Source: Eledone cirrhosa (Eukaryota). From it: DNA of 64,000 nucleotides. Shown here one piece after another: positions 39,151 to 48,200 of this stretch (positions are counted from its first letter, which is position 1; every line of letters begins with the position of its first letter). The position numbers were made by a program, and so were the translations under genes. The stretch spans positions 262,012,001-262,076,000 of the forward strand of contig OZ024742.1 in the NCBI GenBank assembly GCA_964016885.1, in the 5' to 3' direction. A model generated the notes under the pieces. It was not told where the DNA came from, made no database searches, and saw nothing but the letters and a program-made list of their open reading frames with translations.

Positions 39151-41486
39151 ATATATTAAGGAATCTTGCAAAACACACACACACACACCTTAGCAAATTT
39201 GGTCCCTTACGATTTGAACACATATATGTATATATCTGTGTTCGTTTTTCTTTTATATTCAATTATAATATATATATATATAAGTTGTGAAATAGACTGG
39301 TTCTCTACACACACGGCTGACACATTTCAGCTCGCTACTATATTGCTCTATAATGGATAATCGCATTTAATGTCCTTTTAAGGTTCTTGGCACTACCATT
39401 GTTACCATCGCTTTCCTCTAGCCATGGAGCTTGGAGACATGAACCGAATGCTACCATTCTATTATACATCAATGTGAACTGCTATTTCTAATAGCCATCT
39501 TTTCACCTCTTAATTTTGTGTGTGAGACACGTTGGCTGAGAGCTTTTGACGGGAGCGAAAAGATTGATTCTTTAGCTTTCCACCACCACGTAAAATTTGT
39601 AAATCAGTGGCTAGTTGAGAGATAGAATCGTATCGGGTGCCAGTTGCTAATAGCTTTACCGTGTCAGTCATCACAAAAAGTCATGACTGGCTTGGACTGG
39701 TGTTCGGATTCTGTCGATCGATTGGTTAACTGATTAGGCGATACCCACTGATGAAGCCGCACAAGCCGATTATGCATTGTTCCATAATATATGCAGACGG
39801 ATGATGCAGTGCACCTTACTGATGCATTAGTGCGACAGAAACTCGAGTCCGGGAACCATCATAGGCACCTGTTTTACGTGTGTTGTGTTGAAGCAAATAA
39901 CTATGTGTATACGGAGGCACATGGCTTAGTGGTTAGAGCATTGGCCTTGCAATCGAAAGGTTGTGAGTTCAATTCTCAGACCGGGTGATGTGTTGTTTCC
40001 TTGCTCGAGTTTACTCAGCTGTAGAAATGAGATGATGGGGACTGGAGTCCCTATCATTCCACTGCAAAGTAGTCGTGGTGTGCCACGGCAAAAAAGCACC
40101 CAGCACTCACTGTAAATGAGGTTGGTGTTAGGAAGGGCATCCAGCTGTAGAAATCAAGCCAGAATCAGTTCCCGTCCCACCCTTGCAAGCAGGGAAAAAG
40201 CGGACGTAAAATGAAATGACGATGATACTCTGGGATTGTATCTTACATTGCCCATGGAGTACGCTAAGATACAATCGGTACTGGCATTGATAAATATGCT
40301 GGGTCCGTCAACTCCTTATAAAGTACCAGTAATGCACTGAGTAATTGCTGGCCTTGTGCCTAAAGTAGAAACAATTATATATATATATATATATACATAA
40401 ATGGCAATTTCTGTCTGTTTGTTTGTGAACCTAAAACTCAAAAACTACCAAACCGATCTTGATGAAACTCGACACGTGTGTGGGGCTCATGCCCATTTGA
40501 TTTCTTACGTATATTTCATTTTAATGAAAGGATTTCCCAGGGGTTCAAACCCCGCTTAATTTTTTCCCTTCGATTTATATGAAATTTAAACCATAGGTAA
40601 ATGACAAGATATGATGTCTATTCACAAAATTTCAGCAAATTTCAATAATATTAAGACACCCTAATGGGGGTTAATAGTATAGTATAGTGAAATTTTTGGC
40701 CAATAAATGGAACAAGATTTCACGAACTCCTCCTGTGGTTTTGGAGATAGACCCCCATAACCATATATATTCTGAAACTACATTGCCCAGGGTACTTGGA
40801 TAAGTATATTTCATTTTAATCAAAGGTTTCCCCGGGGGCACAAAACCTGTGCTGAATATGTTTTCGCTTCGATTTATATGAAATTTAAACCATAGGTAAA
40901 TGACCAGATATGATGCCTATTCACAAAATTTCAGCACATTTCAATAATATTAAGACACCCTAATGGGGGTTCTATTTTTTTCCTTATAGCAACACTCAAC
41001 TTCACTGACAAACATTTTTTCGCCTGACCAATGCAATCAACAATATTTGTTTGTATTATTGTTTCGTAAATGAATTTGTCTTCGCTTTTGATTATCTGTC
41101 CTATATTTTGATTTCATTTTTGGTCTGAGAGGCATTGGGCATTTTAATGGGAACTGGGATTACCCACATTCCCGGACGGGTACCTCAGTTACTATATATA
41201 TATATATATACACACACATCACAACGTCTGTAATAGTTTATGCATCATAATGTTTAGGTTTAAAACCCGTAATAGAAGTGTATTTCAAGTTAACGAAGAA
41301 ATTGTGAAACCGCCGTATTTATATAGCTGGTGTTAAACTATCTTGTGTTGTATATCTTTCGGATTATTTACTTGAAGTAGAGGGAAAAAGTAAAAAATTA
41401 AAAGGTTATTTACCAGACACTCTTTCACCTTCTACACTAGGCGACCTAAAGAGTTGTTTCCTTAATTCTAGAGGTACATTAGCCAT
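32073..41486 (-). CDS. ANAPC16: Anaphase-promoting complex subunit 16 (complete, 3 coding exons, 83 aa)
   Basis: Minus-strand exons 41486-41414, 32959-32885 and 32176-32073 (phase 1/1, strong pyrimidine-rich acceptors). They give MANVPLELRKQLFRSPSVEGERVSDGNSALMFKLQIEHDLELSYQGLQKDLHEQRMKNLRQKAKSLAENDWQYPAIENLIGLN*, matching the recalled APC16 pattern (RKALF.YP ... DG ... RMEKL...LEADEWRFKPIEQLLG). AATAAA lies on the minus strand about 25 nt after the stop. The exon-2 donor (AAG|GTTATA) is weak. Confidence 0.85.
32484..32680. mobile_element. MITE with 16-bp TIR ATCCCTTTAGCATTTA in ANAPC16 intron 2
   Basis: atccctttagcattta ... taaatgctaaagggat; the interior is the reverse complement of 11922-12150. 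Confidence 0.8.
33052..35195 (-). mobile_element. Chapaev3-type (CMC superfamily) DNA transposon with both ends; frameshifted transposase
   Basis: TIR CACTGGTCTGCG / CGCAGACCAGTG, flanked by TTA on both sides (3-bp TSD). Transposase pieces 34941-34612 (CKNHPNRFCYICG..CYFC), 34323-33835 (WRLFIDSS..CGDLKV..LHIK), 33838-33656 (GIFDGPQIR) and 33655-33311 (KMHFLRSHLD..SEEHGERFHQDI..ADYCW). Confidence 0.85.
35309..35787 (-). mobile_element. RTE-type LINE 3' end
   Basis: Homologous to 330-810; flanked by (TA)n on both sides. Confidence 0.85.
35886..35925 (-). ncRNA. Degenerate minimal hammerhead ribozyme motif (Penelope-type)
   Basis: Minus strand reads tttc-CTGAAGG-aggac ttct gtct-GAAA-tg-TT-gaaa. 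It differs from the minimal consensus by A>G in CUGANGA and by CpG-type decay. Confidence 0.45.
36620..37600 (-). mobile_element. Second RTE-like LINE family fragment, (AAG)n tail
   Basis: AGIKISAAKTETL..QVDKFKYLG..RIAGA on the minus strand; ttcttcttc tail at ~36620-36633. Same family as 44290-45960. Confidence 0.8.
37743..37960 (+). pseudogene. Possible hAT-type transposase relic
   Basis: Translation LLDY*TLLDNIIPHNI*VEELVSE..YHRINVLWNYL resembles the EFLDYQ...IP..VW..YRMDVLWxYL region of invertebrate hAT-like transposases (recall only). Confidence 0.3.
38061..39275. mobile_element. Non-coding hammerhead-bearing repeat (Penelope-like/retrozyme-like) with direct and inverted copies
   Basis: 38061-38472 is the reverse complement of 38781-39188. 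38473-38606 repeats directly at 38984-39117 (period 511), with a third partial copy at ~39188-39272. The whole is embedded in (TA)n/(CA)n. Confidence 0.8.
38761..38856 (+). ncRNA. Type I hammerhead ribozyme, apparently intact
   Basis: Stem I ATCACCCA (38770-77)/TGGGTGAT (38844-51), with possible extension TACTAA/TTGGTA past a bulge. Core CTGATGA (38778-84); stem II GCAA/TTGC; GAAA (38821-24); stem III CAGC/GCTG with a 9-nt loop; GTC cleavage triplet, cut predicted after 38843. Confidence 0.88.
39741..39856 (+). ncRNA. Second, degenerate hammerhead with palindromic minimal stem III and long stem II
   Basis: CCCA-CTGATGA (39748-54)...GCCGCAC/GTGCGAC...GAAA-CTCGAG-TC-CGGG, with mismatches at the bases of stems I and II. 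Confidence 0.55.
40390..41192 (+). mobile_element. Non-autonomous Helitron-like element with internal 299-bp-period duplication
   Basis: 5' end ..tataaatggcaatttctgtctgtttgtttgt..aaccgatcttgatgaaact resembles non-autonomous Helitron heads. The 3' end has a GC hairpin cccggacggg then cagttac|t (degenerate CTAG). Direct repeat ~40508-40672 / ~40806-40971; TA-flanked. Confidence 0.6.
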
Positions 41487-42225
41487 ATCGAAATTAATTC
41501 GGTTTTCGTGCCAAACATTTAAAAAGAAGAGGTGGAGGATAAACAAATTCAACCATTCACTTCGTCGTTACAGACTTATCTCCCCCTTTTGTATCACTCA
41601 TCTAATTTACGGAGTTGGGGAATAAGATATTAAAGTAATAGTGCGTTCTTTAATATAGGAAGCCTCGTTTTGAAAGTCTCTTTTCACAAGTATACTCCAT
41701 TGCGGACTTCCAGTAAAATGTGGAGTGATTCGAATTACGACCCTCATGATCCTTCGGTATTTATTTATTAACATTTTATTCCACAAAATTCTACTTCCAA
41801 TCTTTTTCCTTTTTATTTAGAACATTGTATATTCTTTATCATTCACTATCCTGTTTAGCGCCGCCACCACATGGTTTGACTATACAATGTGGTTCTAATA
41901 TGGTGGAGCTTCCTCTCTTACTCGTATCACACAAATTGACACGAGTTGACGTTCACTGAACTCTTATTTTATTGTTGATTGAGTCGTAATATTTATGAAT
42001 TTTACCTTGCTTATCATAGTCATCACATAATCAAATTACTTCGTTTTAACAGTTATATTTTTTTGTATTTTCTATATTTTATCGTAAGACAAAAGATTAT
42101 TAAAATGACCGGCATGTCAGACCGGCATCAGGCGCTAACTAAATTGGCTTCATTTAATTTGAGCATAAAGCTTTCTAATTTTAGAGAGGAGATTGAAGGA
42201 ATTGGTTTATTGTGAGTAGAGAGGA
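41487..42225. promoter_or_regulatory. Probable bidirectional promoter between ANAPC16 (-) and eIF3L (+)
   Basis: About 740 bp separate the divergent ATGs, with no recognisable repeat. The region is relatively CpG-richer (GCGCCGCC at ~41858; GACCGGCAT twice at ~42107-42128), and the eIF3L start sits in AATGGCG, a YY1-like context. Confidence 0.6.
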
Positions 42226-45200
42226 ATGGCGTCAAAAGATACTGAAGTTGGTGGGGTTTTTTTTTTTTTTTTTTTTCGTATTTCACCAATCGCCAAATGA
42301 AGGCATTGGGACAGTAAATTAAAATGAACGGTATCTGATCTGTACATGTAAATTCTGAATGATTTATCAGTAAAATATAATGACAATCCTTCGTCTTGTG
42401 TCTAAATGATGTAAACAATGACTTCGATAGTTCCAGTGCCAGGAGTATGTGTGTGTGTTGACAGCCTCTGTGATGTACAAGGAGATTGTCGAACATCTAC
42501 ATACATACATACATACATTTCCACCATAGAAACTACCGAAGTCACCAGATCCTAGAATTTCTATGGTTTTAAATGCCATAATCGTTCAAAACACTAGGGA
42601 AAGCAAATTTAACTTTCAAAGCGAGACGAGTGTAATATTCACATTCAAACTCAAGAACTCCGGATGAAAGTGCCACCCCACCTTTCTGTAACTAAAATAT
42701 AAATGATTTCCGACGGTTTGGAACCTCAGATTTTTTTGAAACACATGAAAAAAATACATGAAAAACAAATTTCACTTCCAATGCGAGACGGATGTAATTG
42801 TAAACATTTACTAATGGTAATCTTGATGCCATGCTAGAATGCATCCAGTCAACCCTGTAAGGGGTTAGTACTAGTGTCACGATAAAATGTACCCAATACA
42901 CTATAAAGTGTAAGTGCTGATACTACACTAAAACGTACTCAGTACACACTGTAAAGTGGTTGGAATTAGGAAGGGCAGTCAGCTGTAATAATCATGCTAA
43001 ACTAGAACCTATATACAAGACGTAAATATCTCAGCTGTCCAACTCATGCCAACATAGAAAAGGGATGTAAATAATTGATGATATTTACATAGGTCTGAAA
43101 AACTGCTGCAATGCTTGCATGTGCTCCTTTTATGGTGTAACTCTGTTAAATAAATCTATTGCTCTATTTCACAGGATGGCTATGGTGCATACTCAGACTA
43201 CGAAGGTCACCAAGGTAAGGAGATTTACCCATATTGCAATTAATTATAGAATATCTTCATTTCTTCGATTGTGAAGATGCATACCCTAGTGGTTAGTGTT
43301 TGGGGCTCACAACCCTATTGTTGGAGTTTCAATTCCTCAACAAGACAGCACATTCTGTGATAGGACTGGATCCTCTATCATTAAAACTCTCAAGAAGCCT
43401 ATGAAATAGAACTTCATTGGCGGCTAGCTAAACCTATATAGGTGTGAGTTATAACATGATAGGACTGGAGTCCCTGTCATTAAAATAACCCAAGAAACCT
43501 CTTATGAGATACCTCATAGAAGGACAACTAAACCTTCATGAGCAAGCTGACTCTTTATCTCCCAATTGAAAATTTGGCAATGTTTGGATTTTTATTGAAC
43601 TTGCATCTGAAAGGTCATTATCTAAGTAACCTATAAAACAACAAACATTTTGATGCCACTCTCTGCTAAATCAGGTGTTTGGCATGCAAGCCTCATGACA
43701 TGTCTATCCATTTTGCTCTATTATTTACATCACTCCTCACCAACCTTCTGGCTTTCATTTCCTTTTATCATCGTTAGCTATGTCTTTATAGGTCCTCCTC
43801 TTCCTCAACTTCCTTCTGCATTCATTTTCATCATTCCTTTCCGCAGTCACTTTCTCATCACATGACCCAACCATCTCATGTTTCAGTTATATATATAAAT
43901 TAGCATTAAGTAAATAATATAATTTTTATTCTCAGGTGACAGTTGGCATGATCCAGACTATTCTGAGAGCCGTCATCAATACACCCAGCCAGAATATATT
44001 ATTCCTGCAAATTTAAAAGACTTTCTGACCTATTTTCACAAAGTCATTACTGATCAAGATCTGTATGAGATTCAAAATGCCTATGAAAATGGGTAAGTAC
44101 TCATGAACATACTATGTTTCAGTGAATTAACTCTGAGTACTGGTTTAGTAAGTAACACTCAGTTATACCAATCTGCCTGAAACTTATGATGTAAAACTGC
44201 CTTTTTTTTTTTCATTTACATAATTCTAATAAAATACACTGCCTGTGATTTTCAAATAAATTTGAAAATAATCAAGAATAAGAGATTTAGTAATATAACT
44301 AACTTTCTCAAGAATCTGTCTGTTTATCCCATATTCCTGCAGAACCTTTCAAAACAAATGTGTGGGATGTGGTCATATGCTTTTTCAATGTCCATGAAAC
44401 AAGCACTCTTAGTAATACTTCCTCAATTTCTCAGACACCTGCTGTAGAGTGAATGCAATGTCTGGGGCAAAAGCTACACTGTTCATCAGCTAGTGTGGAC
44501 TTGATAATATCCTTACATCACTTTGCAGTCAGCATAGATTTTATTAGAGAGGCTTAAAGTGATTCCTGTATAATTAGAGCAATCTTGTTTATGTCTCTTT
44601 TTGAAAATTGGGATTATCACTCCCAATTGCCATTTCTTAGTTGCCTTTCCAGAGATTCAGGCCACCTGGCACACATGAGCCAACCATAGCATGCCTTTTC
44701 TATTTAATGCTTTTAACATCTTGGATGAATTTCATCTTCCCTAGAGGCCTTGCCACATTTGAGTGCCTTAATTGCTTATCTGAGAGGTTCGTCTTCAAGT
44801 CTAGATATACCTCATGTATATCAGATGTTGTGGCCGGCTTATGGATATCAGCAAAATATTCACTCCACCACACAAGGATGCACTTCTCTTCAGGGAGAAG
44901 AATCCCAGAGGGTCCCTTTAGCAGGCATGAATATGGGGCATCTTATTACGAAGTTGGCAGATGGCCTGCCAGAATACTTTATTTGCTGATCTTAAGTTGG
45001 ATTCCAGCTTAGCTCCAAAGTCCTCCATCTCTGAACAGTTGAGCTGGACCTACTTTAGATCAGCGCTTTATTTGCCTTGGAGTCTCTTTATGAATACCCT
45101 GGCAATTGTGTTTAGATAAATGGTGCTAGGTCAAAATTTATTCAATGCAGATATCAGACTCTGCTAAGGGTGCATATTGTTGTCTCTCCTGTTCATAAAC

Positions 45201-48200
45201 AGGATTAACATGCGCAGCCAGGCTGAAAGTGGTATAAAAACTAGTAGATGTAGGATCAGTCAGCTATTAATTGTAGATGACATGATGTTACTTGATTTGT
45301 CAGTAAGTGATCTCCAACATGCACTGGATAGATTTACTGCCAAGTGCTGCACTGCAGGAATGAAAATTAATGCTGTGAACATATTCATCCTCTCAAGAAA
45401 GCCTGCACTGTGTACTATGTTTATGAGTGGAGTTACACTGAAGGAGCTGGATAAGTTTAAGTATGTAAGAATCACTGGTGCTGTTATACACTAGCTTCAG
45501 CACTCAGTCTCTAGAAGAAGGTAGACATGTAAAAGCCAAATTTGCTATCTTCAATTCAGTGTTCAAGTCCTTACCTATGGCATCTTGACTAATGGCTAAA
45601 AGAATATGATTGTTAATACAAGCAGCCGAAATGGGGTTCCTCCAAAAAGTCTTTGGCGTAACATTAATTGATAGGTGCATGGCTTGGAAATCTGAGTTTT
45701 TCCAGATAGAGCCACTATTCTGCGTGAAGAGATTGCAAGTAAAGAGAAGAATCACCGAAGAGATTTTAAAGGCAAAACCAACTGACAGGTGACTCGTGTA
45801 AACCATGAGCAAGGCTGAATAACATCCATAAGCTCAGTTGGTCTCGCTTGGGAATCCAGTGGGTTCATTTAGAAATTGTTGTTTCTTCTAAGACCCTCTG
45901 GAAGGCATGTCAGAATTCTGCCCCCACAACCTTCTTGGGAATTACTGGGTAAAGAAGAACTAACTTTATTATTATTAAGTTGGTGGAAGGGCGGTGGATT
46001 GGCAGTATCGGTAGAGGGTCGGACGCCATGCTTTCCAGCATAGTTACGTCCCTTTACGATCTGAGTTCAAATCCCGCCGAGGTTGACTTTGCCTTTCATC
46101 CTTACGGGGTCGATAAAATAAAGTACCAGTAATGCACTGGGTAATTGCTGGCCTTGTGCCTAAAGTAGAAACAATTATTATTAAGTTGGTGATTGGAACA
46201 ATCTTTTATATACGTATTTATAATGATAATGTCACACTGGAAGGCATTTAGTCCATTCTGCACTGGCACCACGATAGAATGCACCCATTACACATTGTAA
46301 AGGGGTTGGCATTGAGTTCATCCAACTGTACAAGCCATGTTAAATTATCTAATCTCAGAATGACAACCAGTCCAACTCCTGTCAGCATAAAAAATAGATG
46401 TAAAACGGTGGTGATGATGATGATGATGATATAACACCACAGGATTGAGATCTGTGGCATTATGAAGAAATACAGAAGACCTGCCTTCCCATGGGAAGGG
46501 TTGAAGCATACATCTAATGTGGATGCCCTCTTCCATACATCACCCACATCTTAACACCTCACCCTTTGCCATATAAATCCCCAGTCCACACTGTAAAGTG
46601 GTCATGTAGGTGTCGCAACAAAAAGTACCTAGCCCACAATATAAAGTGGTTGTGTAGTTGTCACAAAACCCTGTACACACTGTTAATGTGGTTGGCATTA
46701 GGAAGGGCATCCATCTAAAAACCAAGTTGATATAATCTGATCTGGCTTGTCTCACAAGGACATTAAACAGTGATATATATCTTGATATTGTTATGTTTCA
46801 AAAATACATTTAACTAAATTATTTTAACTAATTTCTATTACAGATTTAATAAGTTGACTGATCGTTACTTCCGGAACACGCCTTGGCCAGAAACTGCAGT
46901 AGTGGCTAATATTGTGAATGGTTAGTAATATGCTACTTTGATTCTTATCAGTTTCAATTACATTAATAAATTATATATATATATTTATATGTACATGTGG
47001 TCCATGCCATGGTGCTGTGAGAACTCGTGGGAATGGCGTTATTACACTATTTCAAATAAACCCAAATATGAAATTGTTTAATGTTATTAAATTTTTATTT
47101 TCCACCCACAAAAAATAGTTTCTTATATCAAATTATGTTGGAAGATTTAAATTTAAATAGGAATCTTTTAAAATAGGTAGTTTTGTTTCATGGAAGCAGA
47201 GTTGATTTTGATAAAATGCACCCAGTACACTGACATTGGTTGTCACGTTTTGAGAGTGGATAGGTTGGATGACCACATTACACTCATACATACCAGTTTA
47301 TTTTGTGTGCTAGCTGTATTTTATCTTGGCAACAATACTACCAATTAACAGAGTAGACTCAGTGTATGTTATGACATCGGTGCCACCATTTCTGTTTCTT
47401 TTCTTTGTGAGCTTCTTTCAAAAACTGTTGACGCTCGTCATAAGCTTCAAGTAACCTAAAAGGATAAATGTCTTTATATATTTACAGATCAAATATTCCT
47501 TATCTTGTATAGAGAACTCTATTATCGTCATTTGTATGCCAGAGTCCCGGTAAGTAGACACGGCTTCATTGTTTGAATAAATAATTGAAATGTCTATTGT
47601 CTTATATATTGATTAGTTGTTTGTATTTTCTGTTAAGATAAGCATTCATTTGTTCGTTCAACTTAGAGTTAACATGTAATTTGTTAAACATTGTGTAGAT
47701 ATATATATCCTTTTTATAATTTACAGTTAGAATCAACATAACACAATATGTGACAAGTCTGAACCCTTGAATTAAAGATGCAATTCATCTGATGGGCTTT
47801 CACACAGTTTCTGTTGACCCAAATTCACTCACATGGCTTTGATCAACCCTGGGTTATAGTAATGACACTTACCCAAGATGGGTTGAACCATTCAGTCACT
47901 TGCATTCTTTAACTCTTAATATCCTACAATGATTTAGCAGAAAATATTCAAAAACTTTGTTAATTTGAATGTTTATAGTATTTTTACAAGTGGACAGATA
48001 TTTGAAAATTTGCAGTGTTAGAGTAACGACTTTGTGATGTAATCATAGTGATGTGGTATATGATGTTAAAAGTTAATTAACTAGAGTATGAATGAATATT
48101 GTAGAGACCACTGAAACAAGACACATTACATTAGTATTCAATAAAATTAACAGTGGACTCTGTCAACAAGAATGGGGTAAAATACATTGAATAAAATACA

